Of a stretch of 64,000 nt of DNA, positions 47,741-61,028 are shown piece by piece. Under the pieces are notes generated by a model, which was not told the origin of the DNA, searched no databases, and saw nothing but the letters and a program-made list of their open reading frames with translations. Both the position numbers and the translations under genes were made by a program. How positions within the stretch are numbered: position 1 is the stretch's first letter; each line of letters begins with the position of its first letter. The DNA is from Squalus acanthias (Eukaryota), in NCBI GenBank assembly GCA_030390025.1, contig JASTWF010000036.1, forward strand, positions 3,784,001 to 3,848,000, given 5' to 3'.

Positions 47741-48309
47741 GAGGAACTGAATGGCCGAGTAACAACAGGCAGACAGCCGAGGGGAGTTGACAAGTGCAAG
47801 TGCTGAGATCCTGGGCTTGTCGGGTTAGAATCTGTTGCTTGTGCTTTGACTCTTGCCCCCACGAATAATCTAGAACTGGTTTAGCACCACAACTATGGCA
47901 ACTTTTGAAGGATTAAGTATGTTAAAGGGCAAGTTGTTGGGGTGAATGGTTCAGGGAGGCTGTTGTACTTGGTGGCAGTCTGCAAGCCAACTGCTGTCCT
48001 TCTTGGAGCTGTTTTTGAGATGTTTTTAAAAACATGACCTTGCTTCGATACTAGAGTGCTGCTAAAAACATGATGTAATTCCTGCAACCCAGTGTCATGC
48101 AGTTGGGTTGTTTATATGAGGAAATTCCTAACGGGGCCCCTTTTAAAACATTTTTAAGTGGTCATCTTTGGGACTGAATGGAATGGTTTACTTAAAAGCA
48201 TAGCAATGTTTAAACACTGTAAATCAAAATATGCCCTTAATGTCCTTTCATATATATATATTTTTTAAACTTCATGGTCCCCACAAAACCTCAGTGGGGC
48301 AAATGCACC

Positions 48310-48520
48310 ACCAGATTGGTACTGAGGCTCACAGACCCACAGTTCCCAGGTTCAGTCTTTGGTCTGTGCTACGTTAGCTGATCGCAGCTTGGACAGCAGT
48401 TGGAAGAGCTACAATTGGACCGAGTGGCCCTGGACTGCGGGGGGGAGAGGGGCGGTGTGGTGATAACCAGCCAGGCTTCCTACTCCTGATTGTTACCCAG
48501 TGATTCCTGCTGGAAGGTGC
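48310..48520 (+). mobile_element. Old SINE-like family C copy (5' part)
   Basis: GGTTCAGTC..GGTCTGTGCTACGTTAGCTGATC..CAGTGATTCCTGCTGGAA. Confidence 0.6.
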
Positions 48521-48991
48521 TGATGTCTACTTTTCAAGAGGTTTTAGAGATTGCTCCATGACAGCACAGTCACAATTTTGAAGCCATCTTAACTGTTCTT
48601 GCCTTCATACCCCCTTGCTCTCCCGCACAAGTTTTTTCCACTACTGTCTACTCTTTGTTTACTGGTAAGAGAAGATCCTTCTGATGGAAACAAAAAAAAA
48701 CTGAAGGCGAATAGGCGCAAGACTGTTTATAGATTTTTTTTTTTCCCCCCTGAGTTTTCTCTATTTTGACGTATCACTTTTCAACCAGTTCTCAAGTCCT
48801 GGACTGGACAGGAAGAGACAAACCTGCCATGAGTAGGAGGCAGGCCCGTTTTGAATTATGCAGGACTCTGCTGTGCCCATTTTACTCCCCGAGCGAGCTT
48901 GATCCAGTCGTGAGGTTGTGAGTTCCTCCATTTCAGTGTATTTTTCATTACAAAATGGCAGATTTATTGTAGGCTGAATGTGGTACAAGAG

Positions 48992-49249
48992 TAGGGTCGC
49001 CAACCCTCCCGGATTGGCCTGGAGACTCCAAGAATTAAAGATTAATCTCCAGGACAGTAGTGAGTGCAACCTGGGAGAAAAATGATGGGGGCATTAAAAA
49101 AAAAATTGTATGTTATTTTCATGATCGTTTAACACTTTCATTTATTGGTTATAAAAATATTGGACGTGGGTAAAAAGGCTGTTTGGACGAGGCGGGAGGT
49201 CATGTGATGAAACCTCCGGGAATACGTCCAACCAGAGCTGGCGACCCTA
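48992..49249. mobile_element. Non-autonomous hAT (Blackjack-like) MITE, 258 bp
   Basis: Perfect 11-bp TIR TAGGGTCGCCA/TGGCGACCCTA; perfect 8-bp TSD TACAAGAG (48984-48991 and 49250-49257). Confidence 0.9.
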
Positions 49250-51219
49250 TACAAGAGTGGCTTCTAAATCCAAGCCCAGGCTTCATTTTGCCTTCCTTGC
49301 CACCAGGCCTTGAGTGTTTTGAGGAAAATGGAGGAAATATTCTGATGTTTGGAGGCAGTTGAATGGTCAATAAAGGGTCTTGGATACTAAACCCGACCTG
49401 ACAATCTGTGTGTTTCCTGCACACGACCTCACCACCTCTCCAGTCTGGCTGCAGAAACCAGAACAACAAACCACCTGTGTGGAACGGGATGACATTGTGA
49501 TTTTTGTTGGCATTGTCCTTGATCGTTCTCGCTCACCGAGGAAACCGTAAAAGAAGGCGTTCGGGGATCTCCTTAAAATATCACCCGTTTAACCTCACTG
49601 CATTGCAGGCATGTCCTGCAGCTGGCTTTTTCATGAAACATTTGGAATTATCACATGGAAGAAGCTTAAAATCGTACAGTGCCAGGTCTGAGTAGCGGTT
49701 GAGAATGGAACTGGATTCTTGTCGGCCTGCTCTATGAAGGCTTTTAAAACCCGAATTTTGCATTATCCAGCTAATTCTTGCTTTACATCATCACTCTGGG
49801 CCTCGACTTTTCACCTAAGTTTCTCAATGGGGGGGGTGGGAGTGGAAGAATGGGTGATGTGTAAATACTACAGTTGCCATAAATGGGTGTGTTTGCTTTG
49901 GCATCTTGGGAATTCCATTACTGGGGCTTCTCGTTTCAATAAGGGGTTGCTCATGCAAGTGACTGGCAGATTCATTTGGGACAACTTTTCCAGCACCATT
50001 ATTCAATATTGTTCTTTGAGTTGATGGGAGGTCCAATCTGTGCATGAATGGGGGTACGGGAACCTGACTCGTTCTCCCTGTCTTCTGCCTTGGTCACTGG
50101 CAAATGCCTGTGCTCAACCGCCCCTCAACCCCCGGATCAGCCTATAAACCGTGTCCTTTAGAGGTCCATTCGCTGGTCTGACTCAGCCACTCCGTTTCCA
50201 GTATTTATTTTTCTCTCGCTTTGTTTTGCTACGCTCATTAAGACAGACGGAAGATTGGCAGAACCCCCGGAGAAAACAGCATGATTTGGCAAAAGACTGG
50301 GCTGGAGAATGGAACATGTTTATAGTTCGGGCACCCCAGCACTTCCAGCTCGGATCCATCATTGGTGGAGAGTGAAGTGCCTACCAGTCTGCCCCAAGAA
50401 AAGTGTCTTGGTCCTAGCCCCAACAGAGCACCTCCTACTCCAGGAGCGTAACGTTTCCCATTTCGCACACCAGCCCTCCTGTGGCATCTCTTGAATGACA
50501 TTGCTCATGTAAGTGCCAATTTATGGGGCAGTGTTGTGCTGTGGGTTGGCAGTGCCCAAGCTCACTTCATATAGGGCACATGGACGAGTCGAGACTTTCA
50601 TTCCATCAATTGGGGCTCGACTCAAACCAGAGTCTCAGAAGTGACAGGCCCCAGTATACCAAGGGAGCCACTCGGTCTCCCAGATGGGATCTAGTCCTAC
50701 ATGTTACGAATCACTTTGAGAGAGGTAACTTCACCTGCAGACCCTACTTCAGGAATAGAAGGGGCTGAACACACCGATCTCAGTCAGGGTCCACAAATCA
50801 ATCTGGGGGTGGAAGGATTGATGTGGGATCTTGCTGTGCACAACTTGGCTGCTGCGTTTCCCTACATTACAACTGTGCCCTCCTGGTAGATTTTGACTCC
50901 GATATGCCTGATGAAAGCTCGCCACAATCGATCTGCTCATTGACAGCATCAGGCCACGTGGTATCTCTCCATTTTTAAGTGTAACATTTCCCTCCAGCCA
51001 AGGTCATGTGACCAGGTCTCCTCAGCAGATGCACTGCTGGTATCCCAGCAGCCCCTACTGGTGCTCAGACTCCCTCCGTTCTGTAGCGGCTCCAGGTTAG
51101 CTGGCTCTGGAGCCTGGGACATGGGACAGAGAGCGCGGCCAGCGCTGATGGTACACGAAATATGTGTTCGAGAAGCTCGATGGCAACTTCAGAAATTCTA
51201 TGAAATCTATTGCACATAT

Positions 51220-51620
51220 TCTCCTTCGAGCAGCGAAGGCTAAGAGAAGATTTGATAGAGGTGTTTAAAATCATGAAGTGTTTAGATAGAGTATAAACAG
51301 AGAAACTGTTTCCAATGGCTGAAGGGTCGCTAACCAGAGGGCACAGATTTAAGGTTATTGGCAAATGAACCAGAGGCGACATGAGGAAAAACTTTTTTAC
51401 GCAACGAGTGGTTAGGATTTGGAATGCGCTGCCTGATAGGGCGGTGGATACAGATTCAATAGTAGCCTTCAAAAGGGAATTGGATAAATACTTGAAGGAG
51501 AAACAATGGCAGGGATATGGAGAAAGAGCGGGGGAGTGGGACTAACTGGATTGCTCTTCGAAAGAGCCGGCACAGACTCGATGGGCCAAATGGCCTCCTT
51601 CTGTGCTGTACTATTCTATG
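51220..51620 (+). mobile_element. CR1 3' fragment
   Basis: FSFEQRRLREDLIEVFKIMK..IWNALP; ATTCTATG tail. Confidence 0.9.
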
Positions 51621-52837
51621 ATGAGAGGTGATTGTTGATGTCCTGCTTGAATTTGGCACTTTTTTTAAAGAACAAAAACCCATTGTGGGCTTTGCAGTAT
51701 ATGGTCAGAAAACTACACAATATACTTTAAAAAAAAATCATGGTTTCCATCCCGTCTTTCTCCAACGTCAGCTGTAGTTGGTCCCACTGAAATCAACGGA
51801 GACAGGAAACCGGAAATAAAAAAGGGCAAAACGGACTTGATTTCAGATCCAAATTCTTTTTGTGTGTTTTTCTAACCCCCATCCCCCTTCAGTATTCCAG
51901 CCTTTAACCCTTTGAGTATTCAAGGCGCTTTTCAGCCTTTCAAAGCACACGTCTGCTGTTCCCCAGAAGCTTGACACGAGAGATGGCTGCGCACTGTGAA
52001 CTTGGAGAGTAATAGAAGAACTCGAGAGAGCGAGAACCGCAGAACTATTGGAGGCTTTGATTAACTGTGAAAATTGAATTTTTTCTGAAATTCTGTACGT
52101 CTGGAGTTGACTGCGTTGCCCTTTTAACTGCAGATTGCACGTAGTTGGAATTCAGCTGGCCAGACACTCCGACTAATGCATTGTACAGATGGGTTTGTGT
52201 AGAGGTCAAGGGAGGGGTGGGGGGAGGTTATTCTGTGGCACAGTGACATTTGCCTGCAGTCTGTGAACAGGCCTGTTTGTTTTTTAATGTGGGATTTGTG
52301 CCCTTTCATATCGGGGATGTCCAACCTTCTTTGGAGCCAGGGCCCAAATGCATGCGTCAGAACCGTTTTCTGGGCTGCATATGATTGCACAGCGATGGCC
52401 GAGATCCCCACCCCACCCCTCCCCCGCACCGACAGGAGACCTTCCCCCCCCCCCCCCCCCCGCACCCCACCCCCCCCCCAAACCCATCCCATCCTCACCA
52501 ACAGGAGACCTCCCCCATCCCGTCGATCCGCACCGACATGAGACCAACATCCGCCCCCCCCCCCCACACACCCATCCACACATTTTGTGTATTCATTCCC
52601 GGCCGCCTCATATATGTGGGTGATATTGCGATTATGGCTGGAAACCATCATTACTTCTCCCCACTCCCACTTGAAATCCTCAGATAATTGTAGCACCGTC
52701 ATTGCCAGCCTTGCTGAGGTTAGCCGAATCGGTACAGGCCAGGGACCTCTCCTATGTGGGGCAGGAGCTTCTGGTGCAAAATGACTGCCCAATTGGCCTC
52801 GACAACGAGAGCGACTGCTCTTCAAAAGTAACTCATT

Positions 52838-52929
52838 GGGGGTCGTTTTGACTTTTGCCCAATTATTTTCCCATCCATTGAGCCAATTTGCTATGGCCCA
52901 TTTTACACCATCGAGTTAAAATGACCCCC
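52838..52929. mobile_element. Tiny TIR element (92 bp) inserted in a Deu-SINE relic
   Basis: GGGGGTCGTTTTGACT vs AGTTAAAATGACCCCC (14/16); flanks resemble the SINE tail. Confidence 0.6.
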
Positions 52930-54631
52930 GATGTGTGAAGAGCATTGAGACATGGATGTATATTGCGATCACATCAACAAGTATTCTTAAAATAGCAGGG
53001 CACCATGCAGTGTATTATCCTACTGAGGCACTGGGCAGTAGATTAGGCCTTTTGTTTTAGGGGAAAGCCATGGAGCAGACCAATTTCGGGCCTTGGATTA
53101 GTGACTGTTGAATACTTCAGAAAGCGAGTTGGCCAGTGGCCAATATGGGCCTAGCAGCTGCTTCTCCCCCAAGACTCGCCTTGAAGCTTTTCACATTGCT
53201 CTGCTGTAGAGGAGTGTGCACAACGGGGTCAGTGGGAGAAGTGGCCATGTTGCAATCACTTGAGTGAAGAATGGCCCCCGAGGGGTGGGGGAAAGGGGAG
53301 TGATCATTTCTAGGTAAGAAAATCTGATGGATATTCTTGAGCGGGTTTTGCCTGAGATGAGAGAGGAGCAAGAGAGGCAGAAATAAAGCACGCGCACTCA
53401 TCAGTCCAGCTCCAGTGAGAAATCACGGACTGTTTTTGAAGCCTCGAACCCCCCTCCTGGTGCCTCGCTCTATTAGCCAGATACTTCTGCCTCGTTTTTG
53501 ACAGGTTAAGCTGCAACGGAGGTCGCCGTGAGACGAGGCTTGCAGATTTCAGCTCTTGTTTAGACTACGCTGAAACTTCTGCTCCAAAGGGCCGAGCCAA
53601 AGGAGTTGAAATATCTGCAGTTTATTTAGGAAGCACTTTGGAGCAGCGACTATTCCACAGGTTGTTTCATTTGTGCAATTGTAGCTCATCCAATTAAGTA
53701 TCGATTTATGCTGGAGTTACGCAACGGGTGATCACTGCTTATTCCAGAAGATGCAAAAGAAAATCATCCTTCCAAAAGAAAAGTAGGAGATGGGAGGGTT
53801 GGCGAGGTGCGGGTGGGGAGAATCGACTGCGTTGCAACAGTTTGTGCACAAGTTCGGACACCGAAAGCAACGGCAATGATCAGAAATCCAGCTCCGTCGT
53901 GGGAGATTAAAGGGTTATGTTGCCACTTTTGTATTGATGCGAAATGGGTTTGGGCGCACAGCAACAACAGAGCGGCAGTATAACTCAGGAGACGACCGTG
54001 CCTGCGACGTGACCCCTCTTCCAGGAGGCTATCGCACACCGGTTGGAGTTTTCCCAAGCGTTTCAGCGTAACTCCTGGCTGAAATGATTTGGGGGATACT
54101 TTTGCCGATGGTGTGAAGCGTGCGATATCGGCTCGGCCGCCCGTTGAACACCTCGCCCCATTTTCATTTCCGTTGGAAAGGGGCCGATATCGTCCAAAAT
54201 AGACCCCACCCATTGCTTTAAGATAAAGTTGCAACTTGTGTTGTGGGGCGATGTAAACATTAAGGCCATTCCTTTTGATAAATCTCCCGGAGTGCCCCAT
54301 TGACCTCCAGTGGCGTTCTCCTGACCAACTGCCGGGACCTTGGTGGCAACCCTAGAGAGATGGCGGGAACGGCTGTCTTTAGTCGCTTACACTGTTTTCC
54401 CGGGAGGTTCCAGCGGTCTTCCACTGAAGTTACGGCGGTAGAACAACAGACCCTTGCGGAAATTCCGGGGGGTCCTCGTCTTTGCATCTACTTGCATGCC
54501 TGTCAAACTTCAGACGTCGCCTTTCAAAGTTTAAAAATATATATGCATATTTTTTTGAAAAGCCAATCATTTCTTGCTGGTCTTGAGAACCTGGCTCCTC
54601 GTCAAGGGCAAGAGTCAAGCATTTACAAGCA

Positions 54632-56075
54632 GCTAGGCCCTAGCTGTGCCTGCCTTTTCATGGGATATGTGGAACATTCTTTGTTCCAGTCCTACTCGGG
54701 TCCCCTCCCTCACCTCTTTTTCCGGTACATCGATGACTGTATCGGTGCCGTTTCCTGCTCTCGCCCTGAACTAGATAAGTTCATTCATTTTACTTCCAGT
54801 TTCCACCCTTCCCTCACCTTCACATGGTCCATCTCCGACTCTTCGCTTCCCTTCCTTGACTTCTCCATCTCCATTTCTGGCGATCGGCTTTCGACAAACA
54901 TCCACTACAAGCCCACTGACTCTCACAGCTACCTGGACTACACTTCCTCCCACCCCGCTTCCTGTAAGGACTCTATTCTATTCTCCCAGTTTCTCCGTCT
55001 CCGCCACATCTGTTCTGACGATGCCACCTTCCATACCAGTGCTTCCGACATGTCTTCCTTTTTCCTCAACCGAGGATTCCCCTCTACTGTGGTTGACAGG
55101 GCCCTTGACCGTGTCCTTTCCATTTCCCGCACTTCTGCTCTCACCCCTTCCCCTCCCTCCCAGAACCACGATAGGGTTCCCCTTGTCCTCACCTTTCACC
55201 CCACCAGCCTCCACATTCAACGGATCATCTTCCGCCACCTCCAACGTGATCCCACGACCAAACACATCTTCCCCTCACCTCCCCTTTCAGCATTCCGAAG
55301 GGACCGCTCCCTCTGCGACACCCTGGTCCACTCCTCGATCACCCCTAACAGCCCTTCCCCTTCGCCTGGCCCCTTCCCGTGCAAGCGCAGGAGATGCAAC
55401 ACATGCCCTTTTACCTCCTCCCTTCCCACTGTCCAGGGCCCCAAACACCCCTTCCAGGTGAAACAGCGATTTACTTGTACTTCCTGCAATTTAGTATACT
55501 GTATTCGCTGCTCATGATGCAGTCTCCTCTACATTGGGGAGACCAAACGCAGATTGGGCGACGGCTTTGCGGAACACCTCCGTTTTAGTCTGTAAGGGTA
55601 ACCCTGAGCTTCCGGTCGCCTGTCACTTTAATTCACCGCTTCACTCCCACTCTGATCTCTCTGCCCTCGGCCTATTACATTGTTCCAATGAAGCTCGAGG
55701 AACAGCACCTCATCTTTCGATTAGGCACTTCACAGCCTTCTGGACTCAACATTGAGTTCAACAACTTCAGACTATAACCCCTTGTCCCCATTTTTCATGC
55801 CGTATGATTTTGCCATCCCCATTTGCAACATTTTATCATTCCTGCCTCTTACATAAGCACAGTATGTTCCTTCAATTCCTACCCCCCCTCCCCCCTGTCT
55901 CTGCACCTGCTTAATATCTGTTACATCTCCAGCTTTTTCCAGTTCTAACGAAGGGTCTTCGACCTGAAACGTTAACTCTGTTTCTCTCTCCACGGCTGCT
56001 GCCTGACCTGCTGAGTGTTTCCAGCGTTTTCTGTTATTTCAGATTTCCAGCATCCGCAGTATTTTGCTGTTGTAT
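54632..56075 (+). mobile_element. Penelope-like retroelement, 5'-truncated (RT + GIY-YIG + pLTR)
   Basis: LGPSCACLFMGYVE..FFRYIDDCIG..LPFLD..IHYKPTDSHSYLDY; NLVYCIRCS*CSLLYIGETKRRL..FAEHL (GIY-YIG); stop at 55515. Confidence 0.93.
55941..55977 (+). ncRNA. Minimal hammerhead motif in the Penelope 3' repeat (core mutated)
   Basis: AGTT-CTAACGA-AGGGTCTTCGACCT-GAAA-CGTT-AACT. Confidence 0.65.
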
Positions 56076-57156
56076 TTACATGCAGCTGCCTATCTATATC
56101 GAAGCTTCCCTCAGCACTTTGCCATTCAACGACCCCAGCATGTGCCCATCGATCTGAGTCGGTGCCTTAAAGGGACAGGCCAGGTTAAACGCTGCTCCGT
56201 CTCAGCAGCTCAACAGGACAATTGTGCCGCAGACAACATGTGAGCAATGCCATGGGAGAACAGCTAGTTTTTTTAAAAAAAGGCAGTACCAGTGAGAGAC
56301 AAAAGTGTTTAATCCTCTCATCTCAAGTTTGGGGAGAGGAGTTTCTGAGGGCTGCCCAAACCATTCTAACTACGCACTTGTACCCGAAGTCCATTGGCAT
56401 CACCTTGAATGAATGGTTGCCAAAAAATGTCTGCTGCCATCAGGGCCCATAGTGCTCATTTGGGTGTGCATATTGGAAAATTGTAGGCGGAATGCCGATG
56501 ATTTTCTGAAGTATACTGGTAGCGGGCAAGGTACACTCAAAGTTTTGGCCCTTAGTCCCCTCTTCTGTTTTATTTAAGGCTCCTTTTATGTCGTACGTTG
56601 GGTGTGCTGGCTTTGTTGTGTACAATTGTAATCGGCGACTCTGAATATCCTTCAATTTAGTTGATAAACGGGCCGAGGTGGCAGAGTGTGTTAAAATACT
56701 GGCTTTTCACCTTGGCCAGCTGGATTTCAATCCATACCAGATGGCTATTAACAGTTACAAGTGAAAGGAGTTTTAGTTGGCATTCACTCCCAAAAATAAA
56801 ACTGCCCTTCCTGCAATTGGCACCAGCTCGGGGAGGGGAGTGGGGGGGCGGGGGGGGGGCTTTAATTGGTGCAGCAAGAGCCCAACAGCTTGTCTGAGCC
56901 AGTGCCAACCATAATCGTGCTCTTCAGAAAGCAGACTGGGCATTGGGCCTCTTCAGGTAGTGCACTGTATAGCAATGTGGGACTGATCTCAGGAGGACAT
57001 GTTGGCACAGTGCATAAGAGTCACCAGGACACACTGTGCCAACAGATTGTTTAGTCAGATACGTGAAACTGTGAGATACTGGTACCTGGCAAATGCTCTG
57101 AGAGTGACAACCCATCAGCAACTATATTCTGGATCTATTTTCTTTTCTTTTTGATG

Positions 57157-57602
57157 TGTCAGCTTGGCTCAGTTGGTGGCACTCTTGCCTCAGAGTCAGA
57201 AGATTGTGGGTTCAAGCCGCACTCCCGGGACTTGAGCACATAATCTAGGTTGGTACAGTACCGAGGGAGTGCTGCACTGTTGGATGTGCCGCCTTTCAGA
57301 TGAGACATTAAACCAAGACCCTGTTGAGGTGGATCGAAAAGATCCTGCAGCACTATTTGAAGAAGAGCAGAGGAGGTGTCCAGACCAACAATCCTCCCTC
57401 AATCAACACCTCCAAAGGTAGATGAGCTGGTCATTTACCACATTGCGGTTTGTGGGACTGTGCTGTGTGCTAATTGGCTGCCATGTTTCCATGCATTACA
57501 GCAATGCCTACACTTCAAAAGTAATTCTTTGGCTCGGAAGCCCTTTGGACTGTCTTGAGGATGTGAAAGATGCTATATAAATGCAAGTCCCTTCTTTCTT
57601 TT
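57157..57602 (+). mobile_element. Deu-domain SINE (diverged)
   Basis: TGGCTCAGTTGG..GGTTCAAGCC head, core and tail. Confidence 0.85.
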
Positions 57603-58175
57603 TAGCGTTCACTAGCAATATTGTTGCCAGCCATGTTTACAAATGGGGCAGGTTTTTGCGCATGAATTCTTTTCCTTTTTACGGGTGGCTACCTCTTTCA
57701 AATGTTGTTACAGTTTATGCAAGACAAATTTGCTGCCGTGGGCAACTGCGCGACATGGTGTGGTACTGAGCCATATAGGTTGGGAGGGCCTCTCCCTCGA
57801 TCTCTGGTCTGGATTGAGTCAGATGACCTGAGCTGATGGGAAGGAAAACCAAAACCTAATTGTCATTTATTGGTGGCACCAACTTCAAGAGGATTTTGAA
57901 GGTGATTCGGGGTCAACTGACACTTTTAAAAGGGAGCTGGATCAATCTCTGTTGAGAGGGACTGAGGAGATGAGAGATATTTAACAATGCTGCTTGACTT
58001 TTTTTCCAAGGGAGTTCAGGGAAGTAAATTAATGTTCCATAGAGTGGTTGATCAAATGATAATTTGGAAGGGAAGCCCACGATAGAATAATCATACAAGA
58101 CTCTGGATGGAGCAGGACTAATGGGCTGAATGGCCTTTCTTGGGTTACGCAGTGAAGGTGGATTTCTTGAGATGG

Positions 58176-58645
58176 AAAAAAGAAAGACTTGCATTTCTAT
58201 AGCGCCTTTCACACCCTCAGGACGTTCCAAAGTGCTTTACAGCCAATTAAGTGCCTTTTTAAAAAAAAGTGGAGTCACTGTTGTAATGTGGGAAATGCGG
58301 CAGCCAATTTGCACACAGCAAGCTCCCACGAACAGCAATGTGATAATGGCCAGATAATCTGTTTTAGTGATGCTGGTTGAGCAATAAATATTGGCCAGGA
58401 CACCGGGGATAAATCCCGTGCTCTACTTCGAAATAGTGGCCATGGGATCTTTTACGTCCACTTGAGAGAGCAGACGGAGCCTCGGCTTAACGTCTCATCC
58501 GAAAGACGGCGTCTCCGACAGTGCAGCACTCCCTCAGTACTGCATGGGGAGTGTCAGCCTAGATTTATGTGCTCAAGTCTCTGGAGTGGGACTTGAACCC
58601 ACGACCTTCTGACTCGGAAGAGTGGTACCAACTGAGCCACGGCTA
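58176..58645 (-). mobile_element. Deu-domain SINE
   Basis: Full head, core and tail on the minus strand. Confidence 0.9.
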
Positions 58646-59869
58646 ACCGAGGACAAAATCCGGTTCAAACTTGCACATGAGAAGTTACCACTTGGGTGAG
58701 GAAGCGAGATTCAGGGGAGGGAGTTGGAAATAAAAGCTGAAGTTGCGTGGCAGTTGTGGTTTGACTATTACTGAAGACGTCTGCGAAGATTTTACAATCA
58801 TTCTGACTGCATCTAATGCACTGGTGTGTCCTCAAGTGAAACTAATGTTAATCCAAAGATTGCCGAGTGCTATAATCAATGGGTTACTTCGTTCACTAAT
58901 TGGGAACAGCTCTGTTGTTAAGAACAGAGGCCCTTACGGCCTTTCAGTCCCGGGCTGTTTCTGATTTCTCCTGTTAAGTTGCATCATATATTGGCCTCTC
59001 TCCACTGCGTGTATTTTTGTAAAGTTCCCTTGTCATCCGTTCATACGCTCACACACACAAACCTTTACCTGCCTTTGGAGTCATGGCCTGCACGGTTTCT
59101 GGCTCCGATTTCTGGGGTCAGCTGCAGTGATGCACGAGTCTCCCTGCCCTCTGGATTCTTTCAAAGAAAAAAAAAGAAAGCACTGGCATTTCTATCGTGC
59201 CTTTCCCGACCTCAAGACATCCCAAAGCGTTTCACAGCTAATAAAGTGCAACCCTTCAGAGAGGCTTCCTCTCTCTCTCTGGCCCAGTGCCCCTTCTCCG
59301 TGTTATGCCCAATGACTACTTGGTCAGGGCAAGGTTTGTGGCACAAGGGACCGAACGAGTGAATCAAAATGGGTTTAGGGGAGAGAGAAAAACACTCCTC
59401 CTCTCAGTTGGAGGCATTTTTCTGTTGGTTTTCACCAGTGCACTGGATGGCTTGCATTGCAGGAGCAGTGCGCTTGGGTCTGAAAGGCTTGTTGGACAAT
59501 AGGCCCAAAAGCACCTGACGTATAATTATTTACCCATCTGACCAGGCATGTAGAAAACTGAGCCAACACGACACAGCAGTCTGACTTTTGCTCCTGGAAG
59601 TAGCTGTGTGAGAGGGTTGCTAGATGCCAAAGATATGAATCAATCAACAGTTTGGGGGGTGAAATTCCTCCGGTCAGTAATTTTAGCAACAAATAAAAAA
59701 GCAGGATGAACACAGAACGGGACTCATCATTCTGTACTCCTGCTGACTTTGTTGGTGAGATTATCAACAGAATTTAACCCCCTTATTTGCAAAATATTGA
59801 AATAAAGATTTCTTCAGAATAGGGAAATGTTTTTTTTTGTGGGGGGGCGCGGTGGAGGTGGGGGAAATA

Positions 59870-60325
59870 AACACTTGGATTTATAGAGCACTTTATCACA
59901 TCTCCGAGCTTTGCATGCAATGAATTACTTTGAAGTGTAGTCACTGTCGTTATGTTGGCAAATGTGGCAGCCATTTTGCACTCAAGATCCCACGAACGGC
60001 AGTGAGATGAATGACCAGTTAATCTACTTCATGATGATATTGTGGAGGGATGTATAGAAACATAGAAAAATAGGAGCAGGAGTAGGCCATTAGGCCATTC
60101 AATATGATCATGGCTGATCCTCTATCTCAATACCATATTCCCGCTCTCTCCCCATACCCCTTGATGTTGGCCAGGACTCCGGGAGAGCTCCCTGCTCCTT
60201 GAATAGTGCCACGGGATATTTAACGTCCACCTCAATCGGCAGACAGGGCCTCGGTTTAATGTCTCCTTCAAACCTCCGCCAGTGCAGCACTCCTTCAGTT
60301 CTGGGCTCAAGTGTCGGCCTGGATT
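59870..60325 (-). mobile_element. Decayed Deu-domain SINE with nested CR1 tail (~60055-60165)
   Basis: SINE core interrupted by TAGAAACATAGAAAAATAGGAGCAGGAGTAGGCC. Confidence 0.72.
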
Positions 60326-61028
60326 GTGACTGAATTCAGAGTGAATAATGTGCACTTTATATCTGCCCAAGCATAACCTGTCTTGGGCAAACTATTAGAA
60401 GTTTGTTCGGCTTCAGCTGTGTCAACCCGAGGCTCCCTTTATATTAAAGATACTTCGACTTGTTCTTTCACACTGCAATTTCTTCAAAATGAAGCCTTTG
60501 AAATTGCAGAGTTGAACTTCGGCCAGTCTTGTAAACAATTGAAACTTAAACTTTGCAGTCAACATTTCAGTGAGATCCACAGCATAACAAGCCCACAAGT
60601 CTGGACTGGTGAGTGGGAATATTGGCATTTTGAAAGAATCTGCCCCAAAATGTTGTACTTTATATCAATATTTTGGCTTTTGTGCTCCTCTAAGTGAAAG
60701 ATGTCAATATTGGGCATTGGAACCCCTTTTACAGTTTTGTGCCCAGTCACTGCATCAAGCACTTCCATTGTAAGGTGTTGCACAGTTCAAATAAAGCTCC
60801 CTCTACATTGTTCTAGCACTGTCCCTTAAACCCAACCTTGGAGCAGCAACCCCTCCTGCACCAGGGTGAAATATCCATTCCCCACATCAGCTGTTCTTTT
60901 GTGGGCTCTCTGACTGAACCTGCCGGTTTAATGTCATTTGGTTCTGAATTATAAGCAGCTTTTTAGCTGCTGGGCTAATTCCAACAGAAGCGAACTGCAA
61001 GTGTCCATTCAATGTCAGCTTGATTAAG

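Noticed and set aside
52124..52825. Gly/Pro-rich ORFs resembling a formin FH1 polyproline region
   Set aside because: Arise from genomic C-runs open in several frames; FH1 would not precede exon 2; no flanking formin sequence
54300..55517. 405-aa ORF as a host or domesticated gene
   Set aside because: Non-ATG start; the first ~110 codons are unrelated flank; the remainder is truncated Penelope RT with a stop in GIY-YIG
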